Below, in pieces: positions 24,988-35,560 of a DNA stretch of 64,000 nucleotides. Within the stretch, counting starts at the first letter, position 1, and the number at the start of each line of letters is the position of its first letter. Both the position numbers and the translations under genes were made by a program. Location: the NCBI GenBank assembly GCA_052327205.1, contig CM126212.1:17298001-17362000 (forward strand), given 5' to 3'. The notes beneath the pieces were generated by a model. It saw only the letters and a list, made by a program, of their open reading frames with translations. It had not been told where the DNA came from and made no database searches. The stretch is from Somniosus microcephalus. Lineage: Eukaryota.

Positions 24988-25908
24988 GTGCAGCCCTCAG
25001 AAATAGACAATGCTGAACATAAAGTTAATGCAGTAAAAGAGGACAAATGGATGATCCCACTGCAGATAAATGGAGCATTAGTTACATTGAAACTGGACAC
25101 TGGGGCAAAAGCAAACTTAATCAGTATGAGTGACATTAACAATATGAAAGAAAAGCCCAAAATACAGAAAAAGTCAGTACTACTGAAGAGCTATAATGGA
25201 CAGAAAATTGATAGCTTAGGTGTATGCAGACTTAAAGTGACATTCAAAGACAAAGTGCATCATCTCATGTTTTCTGTTGTGGCTGAAAGACTTGATTCGA
25301 TACTAGGTGACAAAGCTTGTGAGGACTTAGAACTGGTCAAGAGAGTCTACCGTATAAACTGTGCCATAAGCAGACCAGATGACTCAGGTGATGAAGCAGA
25401 GAGCCCATCAAGGATGAAAAGGCCAAAGGGTATCCATGTCTTCAAAAAGCCTAGTTTCTCCAAGAAGAAAGAAAAAGACTTTAAGGTCAAAGAAAAGCAC
25501 AAAGAGGAAAAACACAAGGAGAAAAAGTCCAAAGATATAACCGCAGCAGATGTTGTTAAGCAGTGGAAAGAGAAAAAGAAAAAGAAGAAGCCTGCACCAG
25601 AGCAGGAAGCAGTTCCGGTGGATACTCCTTCTTCCCTCAGGCCAATCTTTGGTGTTCCCTTAGCCGAGGCTGCTGAGAGGACTATGCTGTATGATGGGAT
25701 CCAGCTGCCAGCAGTTTTTCGAGAGTGCATTGACTACATTGAGAGTTATGGCATGAAGAGTGAAGGAAACACTGAAACCCTCTCCAAGCAAAGATCGCAA
25801 GGAGACCTCAATCTATACAAGAGCAGATTGATGACAATGCCGCAACTGCATCTTGTCATTCACCGCCAGAACAATCTCATGAAGACACATCAGACTTACC
25901 CATGTTGA
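24988..25908 (+). CDS. Aspartic protease fused in frame to a captured RALBP1 segment
   Basis: LKLDTGA active site and SILG..AC..L.LVKRV protease end, followed with no stop by the RALBP1 peptide. Confidence 0.85.
   Translation: MQPSEIDNAEHKVNAVKEDKWMIPLQINGALVTLKLDTGAKANLISMSDINNMKEKPKIQKKSVLLKSYNGQKIDSLGVCRLKVTFKDKVHHLMFSVVAERLDSILGDKACEDLELVKRVYRINCAISRPDDSGDEAESPSRMKRPKGIHVFKKPSFSKKKEKDFKVKEKHKEEKHKEKKSKDITAADVVKQWKEKKKKKKPAPEQEAVPVDTPSSLRPIFGVPLAEAAERTMLYDGIQLPAVFRECIDYIESYGMKSEGNTETLSKQRSQGDLNLYKSRLMTMPQLHLVIHRQNNLMKTHQTYPC
25384..25767 (+). pseudogene. RALBP1: Transduced fragment of RalA-binding protein 1 (RLIP76): Lys-rich region and start of RhoGAP domain
   Basis: SGDEAESPSRMKRPKGIHVFKKPSFSKKKEKDFK..KSKDITAADVVKQWKEKKKKKKP..PIFGVPL..ERTMLYDGIQLPAVFRECIDYIESYGMKSEG closely matches vertebrate RALBP1 as recalled (SGDEAESPSKMKRSKGIHVFKKPSFSKKKEKDFK...GMKCEGIYRVSG). 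Confidence 0.93.
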
Positions 25909-26656
25909 GAAGATCCACACGTGAAGTAAAAGAGCCTGATAGACTTAATCTTTGAGTACAATGTAAAGCTTTGAAAATGTGTTGACTGTTTTGAAAATGT
26001 TAATGTTTATAGAGCACTAACAAAAGTGTTACTGATATTATCTTTATTGTTTTCTTGAAAGTTGATTGATATTCATTTTGTTAAACCTCAAAGAAAGGAG
26101 GATGTAGTGATCAATAACATGTCATTCTGTGGTGGACACTAGGTGGAGCCGTAGAGCTGTATATAGCTGTATGTATAAGACTACACTACCCAACTGTATG
26201 ATATTAAGACTACATTACCCATGAGGCACTAGGTTACCCACAAGGCAGCAGTCAAGATGGAAGCCTCCACAGATACAGTACCTAGTCCACATGTGCTCAA
26301 TAAAAGGTCTAGCAAAAGCTAGCTGTGTTCATAATAAGAATGTCTATTTATTAATGAACATAAGATTGCCTGCTTGTAAAAGAAGAGCAGGGGACCTCTT
26401 GTGTCTGGGCCAGCATTTAACCCAGAATCAACACCACCAAATACAGTTAGCTAGTTATTTATCCCACTGCTGTCTGTGGGACCTTGCTGTGCGCAAACTG
26501 GCTGCCACGTTTGCCTACAAAACAACTGCAGAACTAATTAACTGGCTGTAAAGTGCCTTTGGGACCTCTCGATGGTGTGAAAGGTGCTTTTTTTCCTCAT
26601 CATGATCCCACTCAATGATGTGTTCCAATGTGATTCCCATTATTTCATTGTTTAAT

Positions 26657-27050
26657 TCTCAGCTGTGGCTCAGTGGGTAGCACCCTCACCACCAACTCCA
26701 GGGACTTGAGCACAAAAATCTTGGCTGACACTCCAATGCAGTACTGAGGGAAGTGCTGTCTTTCAGGTGAGATGTTAAACCGAGGTCCCATCTGCCCTCT
26801 CAGGTAGATGTAAAAGATCCCACAGCACTATTTCAAAGAAGAGCAGGGGTGTTCTCCCCAGTGTCTTGTGCCAATATTTATCCCTCAATCAACATAATAA
26901 AAACAGATGATTTGGTCATTGTCACATTACTGCTTGTGTGCGCAAATTGGCTGCCACGTTTCCCACATTACAACAGTGACCACTGGCTGTAAGGTGCTTT
27001 GAGATGTCCGGTGGTCGTGAAATGCACTATATAAATGCAAGTCTGTCTTT
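26657..27050 (+). mobile_element. tRNA/Deu SINE copy
   Basis: Same head, core and tail as 16175-16630, with internal deletions. Confidence 0.8.
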
Positions 27051-27311
27051 CTTTCATTGGCAAACAAGTGACAAAGGTTTTCTATGCACCTTCTCATGGG
27101 GACAGGGGTCCTTAAAAATATTGGTTGTAAAAGCTGTTTCGACTCAGCTGCTGTCAATGGTCCAGGAAAACATTTTCTTTGAATTGTCCTGTAACTTCCA
27201 AATTGAAAAATTATGTGGAATTATCTCGTGGTCAACCATCCAATTATTTTCCTGTTCCTTCCACCTCGCAGTGTTCATTCACTGTCACTTACATTTTCAT
27301 TCCTCCTCTCT

Positions 27312-27765
27312 TCAGCTGTGGTCAGTGGGCAGCACTCTCACCTCTGAGTCAGAAGGTTGTGGGTTCAGTGTCCCACTCCAGAGACTTGAGCACAAGTTCT
27401 AGGCTGACACTCCAATGGAGCACTGAAGGAGTGCTGCACTGCCGGAGGTGCCTTCCTTCAGATGAAATCTTAAACTGTGGTCCTGTCTGCCCCCTCGGGT
27501 GGATATAAAAGATCCCACGGCATGTGCAGCAGTTCTCCCCGGTGTCCTGGTCAATATTCAACCCTCGACCAACATCACTTAAAACAAATTAACTGGACAT
27601 TATCACATTGCTTTTTCTGGGAGCTTGCTGTGTGCAAATTGGCTGCCACGTTTCCTACATTACAACAGTGACTACAGTCCAAAAGTACTTCATTGGCTGT
27701 AAAGCGCTTTGGGTTGCCCTGAGGTGGTGAAAGGTGCTATATAAATGCAAGTTCTTTCTTTCTTT
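27312..27765 (+). mobile_element. tRNA/Deu SINE copy
   Basis: Same head, core and tail as 16175-16630. Confidence 0.8.
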
Positions 27766-27854
27766 CAAAATTCAGACTCGTGCTGGAGTAAAGTTCCACT
27801 GGTGCTGACAGCCTGTTGGTGCTTTGGTCAAGCCCCTGATCTTCCCCACGTATG

Positions 27855-30660
27855 AACAACAACAACAACTTGCATTTATATAGTGCCGTTAACATAGTAG
27901 AAACATCCCAAGGCGCTTCGCGGGAGCGATTATCAAACAAAATTTGACACCGAGGCACAGAAGGAGATATTAGGACAGGTGACCAAAAGCTTGGTCACAG
28001 AGGTAGCTTTGAAGGAGCATCTTAAAGGAGGAAAGAAAGGCGGAGAGGTTTAGGGAGGGAATTCCAGAGCTTAGGGCCCAGGCAGCGGATGGCATGGCCG
28101 CCAATGGTGGGGCGATTAAAATCAGGGGATACGCAAGAGGCCAGAATTGGAGGAGCGCAGAGATCTTGGAAGTTTGGAGGGCTGGAGGAGGTTACACAGA
28201 TGGGGGGAGGGGAGGTGCGAGGCCATGGAGGGAATTGAAAACAAGGATGAGAATTTTAAAATTGCCAGACCGGGAGCCAATGTAGGTCAGTGAGCACAGG
28301 GGCGATGGGTGAACCAGACTTGGTGCGAGTTAGGACACGGGCAGTGAGCACAGGGGCGATGGGTGAACCAGACTTGGTGCGAGTTAGAACACGGGCAGTG
28401 AGCACAGGGGCGATGGGTGAACCAGACTTGGTGCCAGTTAGGACACGGGCAGTGAGCACAGGGGCGATGGGTAAACCAGACTTGGTGCGAGTTAGGACAC
28501 GGGCAGTGAGCACAGGGGCGATGGGTGAACCAGACTTGGTGCGAGTTAGGACATGGGCAGTGAGCACAGGGGCGATGGGTGAACCAGACTTGGTGCGAGT
28601 TAGGACACGGGCAGTGAGCACAGGGGCGATGGGTGAACCAGACTTGGTGCAAGTTAGGACACGGGCAGTGAGCACAGGGGCGATGGGTGAACCAGACTTG
28701 GTGCGAGTTAGGACACGGGCAGTGAGCACAGGGGCGATGGGTGAACCAGACTTGGTGCGAGTTAGGACACGGGCAGTGTGCACAGGGGCGATGGGTGAAC
28801 CAGACTTGGTGCCAGTTAGGACACGGGCAGTGAGCACAGGGGCGATGGGTGAACCAGACTTGGTGCCAGTTAGGACACGGGCAGTGAGCACAGGGGCGAT
28901 GGGTGAACCAGACTTGGTGCGAGTTAGGACACGGGCAGTGAACACAGGGGCGATGGGTGAACCAGACTTGGTGCAAGTTAGGACACGGGCAGTGAGCACA
29001 GGGGCGATGGGTAAACCAGACTTGGTGCGAGTTAGGACACGGGCAGTGTGCACAGGGGCGATGGGTGAACCAGACTTGGTGCCAGTTAGGACATGGGCAG
29101 TGAGCACAGGGGTGATGGGTGAACGGGACTTGGTGCGAGTTAGGATACAGGCAGTGAGCACAGGGGCGATGGGTGAACCAGACTTGGTGCGAGTTAGGAC
29201 ACGGGGCAGTGAGCACAGGGGCGATGGGTGAACCAGACTTGGTGCGAGTTAGGACACGGGCAGTGAGCACAGGGGCGATGGGTGAACCAGACTTGGTGCG
29301 AGTTAGGACATGGGCAGTGAGCACAGGGGCGATGGGTGAACCAGACTTGGTGCCAGTTAGGACATGGGCAGTGAGCACAGGGGCGATGGGTGAACCAGAC
29401 TTGGTGCCAGTTAGGACACGGGCAGTGAGCACAGGGGCGATGGGTGAACCAGACTTGGTGCGGGTTAGGATACAGGCAGTGAGCACAGGGGCGATGGGTG
29501 AACCAGATTTGGTGCGAGTTAGGACATGGGGCAGTGAGCACAGGGGCGATGGGTGAACCAGACTTGGTGCGAGTTAGGACACGGGGCATTGAGCACAGGG
29601 GCGATGGGTGAACCGGACTTGGTGCGAGTTAGGACACGGGCAGTGAGCACAGGGGCGATGGGTGAACCAGACTCGGTGCGAGTTAGGACACGGGCAGTGA
29701 GCACAGGGGCGATGGGTGAACCAGACTCGGTGCGAGTTAGGACACGGGCAGTGAGCACAGGGGCGATGGGTGAACCAGACTCAGTGCGAGTTAGGACACG
29801 GGCAGTGAGCACAGGGGCGATGGGTGAACCAGACTTGGTGCGAGTTAGGACACGGGCAGTGAGCACAGGGGCGATGGGTGAACCAGACTTGGTGCGAGTT
29901 AGGACACGGGCAGTGAGCACAGGGGCGATGGGTAAACCAGACTTGGTGCGAGTTAGGACACGGGCAGTGAGCACAGGGGCGATGGGTGAACCAGACTTGG
30001 TGTGAGTTAGGACACGGGCAGTGAGCACAGGGGCGATGGGTAAGCCAGACTTGGTGCGAGTTAGGACACGGGCAGTGAGCACAGGGGCGATGGGTGAACC
30101 AGACTTGGTGCGAGTTAGGACACGGGCAGTGAGCACAGGGGCGATGGGTGAACCAGACTTGGTGCGAGTTAGGACACGGGCAGTGAGCACAGGGGCGATG
30201 GGCGAACCAGACTTGGTGCCAGTTAGGACACGGGCAGTGAGCACAGGGGCGATGGGTGAACCAGACTTGGTGCGAGTTAGGACACGGGCAGTGTGCACAG
30301 GGGCGATGGGTGAACCAGACTTGGTGCCAGTTAGGACACGGGCAGTGAGCACAGGGGCGATGGGTGAACAGGACTTGGTGCGAGTTAGGACACGGGGCAG
30401 CAGAGTTTTGGATGAGCTCAGGTTTATGGAGGGTGGAAGATGGGAGGCCGACCAGGAGAGCGTTGGAATATTCAAGTCCAGAGGTGACAAAGGCACAGCT
30501 GAGGGTTTTATCCTCAGATGACCTCAGGCGGCGGGGAGTCGGACAATGTTACAGAGGTGGGAGTTGGCGGTCTTGCTGATGGAGTGGATGTGTGGTCGGA
30601 AGCTCATCTCAGGGTCAAATACACCACCAAGATGGCAAACGGTCTGGTTCAGCCTCAGAC
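27855..30660 (-). mobile_element. L2 LINE 3' portion containing an expanded minisatellite
   Basis: L2 tail at 27855; DLHWLPV motif left of the array; L2 ORF2 remnant continues right of the array. Confidence 0.85.
28287..30396. repeat. 54-bp minisatellite, about 39 copies
   Basis: Unit gcagtgagcacaggggcgatgggtgaaccagacttggtgcgagttaggacacgg; 18-aa periodicity in the ORF track. Confidence 0.97.
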
Positions 30661-31857
30661 AGTGACCAGTTGGAGTTTGTGGCGGGTACCCAAGATAAAG
30701 TAGACAGTTGGCAGGCTGTTCAACTGATGTCTACACACATGCGCTTTTCAGCAGGGTCATTGGAGAACGATCAAGAACAGGAGCCCCGACTGATATGTTC
30801 CTTCTCCCGGCTCGGTACGCTAATGCGAGTTGTGGCAGCCCTTAACATCACTCTGGCTGCCTGAGGTCATTAACCTCTGCTCGCTCAAACTGGGGATTGA
30901 ATGTAAGAAATCCCAGGTCTGTTGAGTTATGCGAGACATTAGAGGACCCTCCCTTTAGGATGAATCTTTGCTCAGCTCGTTCAGTTTCATTTAATAACAG
31001 GAATTGATCAAACAGAATCACTAACGAGGGATCAGAGGCTCTAAGATTGTACGCAACGTCATTACATTAATAGAAAAATGTGTTCAAGCTATGGATAATA
31101 TATTTTGCCTGTTAGAGAAGCTTCACTGGTGATTCATTCGATATTCAGGAGCTCAGAAACTATCATAGCTTCACGGCTAGCTTATCATTTTTCCATAAAA
31201 CATTTACGGCATTTGGTTTATAACCAATTTTGTTCATGTTGTTTCATTAATAGTTTAATAAATCCTTTTTGATTCATGTCACATGACACAATCGTGACAC
31301 CATCTTGTATTAATTCATGTCTGCAGTGTGTTGCCTTTAATATTCCATTTGGGAGCAATCCTCTCCGAAAAATAACGCACGGCAAGATAAATAGCCACTC
31401 TCTTCATTCTTGATGAGCATAATATAGAAAGCTGTCCTTCTAAGAAGGGGCAGCTGTTATGCTGGAGATGAACCTGTCACATCGAGTGATGAAGCTCTTC
31501 AGATTGGAGCTGGATTTGCTTGGCTGGTAGAGAAAGCTCTTCGATTCGCGAAGGCGGTTTCACATTATAATGCACAGCCATTGGGCTTGAGAGAAACCAG
31601 CTGGCAAAGAATGCTGCTTGCACAGAAGGCGGTGCTGGTACATCATTATGTGGCTGTTGGATGCTTCCAATTGTTGATGAAGTTATTTTGATTTTGAATA
31701 TAAATTTCTGCAAAAAGTGATGACTCACAGGTGAAGTGAAATAAAATCCTGTGTAATTTGATTGAGGTTTGCATGTGAATCAGAGGAACTATTGTTTAAA
31801 TGATCATGAGGGATGAACATCAGTCTAACACAGACTGAACAGAAGTAATGATACAGA

Positions 31858-32230
31858 TATTAAAATTCTCATCTTTTTGTTCAAATCTCTCCATGGCCTC
31901 GCCCCCTCCCTATCTCTGTAACCTCCTCCAGCTCTACAAACCTCCGAGATCTCTGCGCTCCTCCAATTGTGACCCTTTGTGCATCCCCAATTTTAATCAC
32001 TCCACCATTGGCGGCCGTGCCTTCACCTACCTGGGCCCCAAGCTCTGGAATTCCCTCCCTAAATCTCTCCGCCTCTCTCCTCCTTCATGACGCTCCTTAA
32101 AGCCTAACTCTTTGACCAATATCCCTTTAAGTGGTTTGGTGCCAAATTTTGTTTGATAACGCTCCTGTGAAATGTCTTGGGTCGTTTTACTACGTTAAAG
32201 GTGCTATATAAATGCAAGTTCTTGCTGTTG
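31858..32230 (+). mobile_element. L2 LINE 3' end
   Basis: PPYLCNLL..PRSLRSS..IGGRAFTYLGPKLWNSLP and tail gctatataaatgcaagtt. Confidence 0.8.
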
Positions 32231-32520
32231 TAGAATAAAATCAAACTTGCGATTCACAATGTACTTGGGCACTGAATTAAAAAAAATTCACATCAGACTA
32301 GACTAGAATGGGAAACGTTCGGATGTATCTTTTGCCACCTGCTCTGTAAGCCCTTCCATTCTTTTACTTTTCCGAGGTGCCTGAAGTCTTCACAGTCAAA
32401 TAGCAACCATTACTGTTTAGAAAAGAAGGGGTCCCCTGTAATTACCTATTTATTTATAGCAAAAAAAATGCAATACCAGGAACTGACTCTTCCAATGGCA
32501 ATCGTTCAATTTTCCAACTT

Positions 32521-32892
32521 TAAGAACATAAGAAGTAGGAGCAGGAGTAGGCCATACGGCCCCTCGGGCCTGCTCCGCCATTCAATAGGATCATGGCTGA
32601 TCCGAATCTAGACTCACATCCACTTCCCTGCCCTCTCCCCGTAACCCCTAATTCCCTTATCTGCTAGGAAACTGTCTATCTCCATTTTAAATTTATTTAA
32701 TGTTGCAGCTTCCACAGCTCTCTGGGGTAGCAAATTCCATAGATTTACTACCCTCTGAGTGAAGAAGTTTCTCCTCATCTCAGTTTTGAAAGGGCAGCCC
32801 CTTATTTTTAGATTATGCCCCCTAGTTCTAGTCTCACCCATCAGTGGAAACATCCTCCCCGCATCCACCCGATCAAGCCCCCTCACAATCTT
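32521..32892 (-). mobile_element. CR1 LINE 3' fragment
   Basis: GLDRVDAGRMFP..RRNFFTQRVVNLWN..GYGERAGKW plus tail. Confidence 0.85.
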
Positions 32893-33091
32893 TAATTGGT
32901 GAGTAAAGTCTCCAAAGCATTGGAAGGGTGAAGGCACTAAAACAATGACAAAACCTGAGTCACTTTGAACTTTCCAAACTTTGATCAGAGGCTCATCTGC
33001 TTAGTAAACCTCATGGCATCTGTCGCTGCTTGGATTGTGTTTTATAGAACTCCATCAAGGGTTCCTGTTGTTGATTACATAGAAATACATA

Positions 33092-33759
33092 GGGGGCGAA
33101 AGTCGGCTCCTTTGCGCCTGCCGTTACCGCCTCCGGGGGGGGTCAATAATGGGGCGCAAAGGGGCTATCGCCCTGAGGGGGGGGCAGAAAAAGCAACTCC
33201 CGCGAAATTCGGCGGGGTGTTGCTGAGGCGTACCCGATAGCACCACGCCCCCGCCGCAAGCGCCAGGCCGATCTCCACTCGCGGGGCGGTAGTTAAAGGG
33301 GAGGTGCGGCCGCGACCCACGCCGCCATTTTACTTTTTTTGCCCAACCTCCAGGTTGGCCCTCCGTGGTGGGCCGCAGCGTGGTCCTGGCCGCCATCATG
33401 CAGCCTGGCACTGCGTCTCGGCACTGGGTGGCGGCCGCGGCACCGTGCCGCCCTGGTGGCCTAGCTGGGGCCATCGGAGGCCCTGCAGAGTGCGCAGCGG
33501 CCCTCCCATTTAACTGAAGGGGAGGGGGGCGTTGAACTGCGGCAGCCTACCACGGAGCCTCCGCGGAGCGCTGCCGATCGTGCCCTGACATCGCCTCTAT
33601 TACCATCCCACCAGGAAGTGGAGCGCCCGACATCATGTTCCACTTCCGGGGCAGTAAGGCGAATTTCGCGGCAGGGGTGGGACTTCCTCACCGGGCGCAG
33701 GATGTCCCGCCTCGGCAGCGTTACCACCCCGAAACAGGGCGCTACAGAATTTCACGCCC
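33092..33759. mobile_element. GC-rich Harbinger-type MITE inserted in a CR1 tail
   Basis: Ends gggggcgaaa / aatttcacgccc; 3-bp TSD ATA; closely related to 52708-53447. Confidence 0.75.
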
Positions 33760-34580
33760 ATAGAATTTACAGCACAGAAACAGGCCAGTCGGCCCAACTG
33801 GTCTATGCCAGTGTTTATGCTCCACACGAGCCTCCTCCCACTCTACTTCATCTCACCCCATCAGCATACCCGTCTATTCCTTTCTCCCTCATGTACTTAT
33901 CTAGCTTTCCCTTAAATGCATCTATACTATTCACCACAACCACTCCCACATTCTCACCACTCTCTGGGTAAAGAAGTTTCTCCTGAATTCCCTATTGGAT
34001 TTATTGGTGTCAATCCCATAGTTACAGCCTCTAATTGCTCTGTGTCTCAGATGGGAGGAAAGTTAATTAATTTAAATAAAGTGAAAATTGAGTGTCGACT
34101 CTCAGATGGACAGTTAGGAAGAGAAAGAATAGACATATTTGCAGTTATACTGAGAATGTGTTTATAATTGTATTTAGTTAAAAATTCATTCTTTATCATT
34201 GCTTTAAAATAGCATTTTATTCTCAAATGGTCTTTTGAAGACACAGCAGCCTAACATTAATTGCAAATAAAAATATCCATTTTTCTTATAAATCGATTGA
34301 CTCATATTATAAGCAGGAGTTATTCAAAGGCAAATGAGAGCATGTGCATCAACCGCCAGCTTTACGCTGGTCTCACGTTCCATGGGTGCTGGGTGCCCAC
34401 CGGTATCCCCATCCCGCCCCTCTCCCCCGCCATCCCTCTCCCCATGAGACTGGACAGTGAATGTTGGCCGGACGCTCGACAATATTGGCATCACAGCTGA
34501 CCTCTAACCTATCCTCATGAGATAGCGATCAGGAATGGCTGATTTCCCCCCTCCGCCACCCCTCTTCCGAGCCCAGGAGC

Positions 34581-35160
34581 ATTGAGACCACATCTTGAGT
34601 ACTGTGTGCAGTTTTGGTCGCCTTATCTGAGGAAAGATGTTCTTGCCATGGAAGGAGTGCAGCGAAGATTCACCAGGCTGATACCTGGGATGGCAGGAAT
34701 GACGTATGAGGAGAGATTGGGTCGATTGGGCTTATATTCGCTAGAGTTTAGAAGAATGAGAGGGGATCTCATTGAAACTTATAAAATTCTAACAGGACTA
34801 GACAGACTAGATGCAGGGAGGATGTTCCCGATGGTCAGGGAGTCCAGAACCAGGGGTCACAGCCTAAGGATAAGGGGTAAGCCATTTAGGACAGAGATGA
34901 GGAGGAATTTCTTCACCCAGAGAGTGGTGAACCTGTGGAATTCTCTACCACAGAAGACAGTTGAGGCCAATTCATTAAATATATTCAAGAAGGAGTTGGA
35001 TATATTTCTTAAGGCTAAAGGGATCAAGGGATATGGGGAGAAAGCAGGGACAGGGTACTGAATGTGGATGATCAGCCATGATCTCATTAATGGCGGAGCA
35101 GGCTCGAGGGGCCGAATGGCCTACTCCTGCTCCTATCTTCTATGTTTCTATGTTTCTATG
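34581..35160 (+). mobile_element. CR1 LINE 3' fragment, young subfamily
   Basis: Open 159-codon remnant; (tttctatg)n tail; same subfamily as 8148-10625 and 55787-57155. Confidence 0.9.
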
Positions 35161-35560
35161 AAGGCCAATTTTACTACCATTCCAGCTAAGGTCGGCTAAC
35201 GCTGCACGGATCACAGATGCTGGAAAGTGTGCGTGTGTGTCGGTACGTTCTTTTTCAACGTTAAAGGCGCTATATAAATGCACATTTTGTGTGTGTGTGT
35301 AAACGTGAGGCAAGGAGTGGATTGAACCTAAATGTGATGCTCGCAGTGCCTGAGCAGATCAGCCATGATCTAATTGATTTGTGGAACAGGCTCGAGGGGC
35401 TGAATGGCCTCCACCTGTTCCTATGTTCAGTGATACTTAATTGTCCAAGCTCACGCATTGAGACATATGCAGTGGAATCAGGTCATATACAACGGGGGTA
35501 AATTTGACTTTGGGCAATAGTGTCAAACAGACGATAGCAAATTGGCCGCCCGTTTCTCAT

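Larger units (their letters stand above)
23829..26365 (+). mobile_element. Non-autonomous Ty3/Gypsy (Mag-type) LTR retrotransposon carrying a RALBP1 fragment
   Basis: 263-bp LTRs at 23829-24091 and 26103-26365 (5 differences by eye); TSD ctgcc/ttgcc; PBS tggtaccagg (tRNA-Leu-like) at 24092; PPT aaagaaaggagga before 26103; inserted inside a Deu SINE. Confidence 0.95.

Noticed and set aside
25384-25767. Exon of a resident RALBP1 gene
   Set aside because: No polypyrimidine acceptor or GT donor at the homology limits, no other RALBP1 exons recognised in the window, and the segment is enclosed by paired LTRs with a TSD.
28287-30396. CRISPR array, or a Cys/His-rich (metallothionein- or keratin-associated-like) protein gene
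   Set aside because: Units are contiguous with no unique spacers, there are no cas genes, and the unit derives from L2 ORF2. The long ORFs are by-products of the 54-bp period.
30960-31850. Unique sequence that might hold a coding exon or conserved non-coding element
   Set aside because: No frame gives a recognisable protein and conservation cannot be assessed without alignment.
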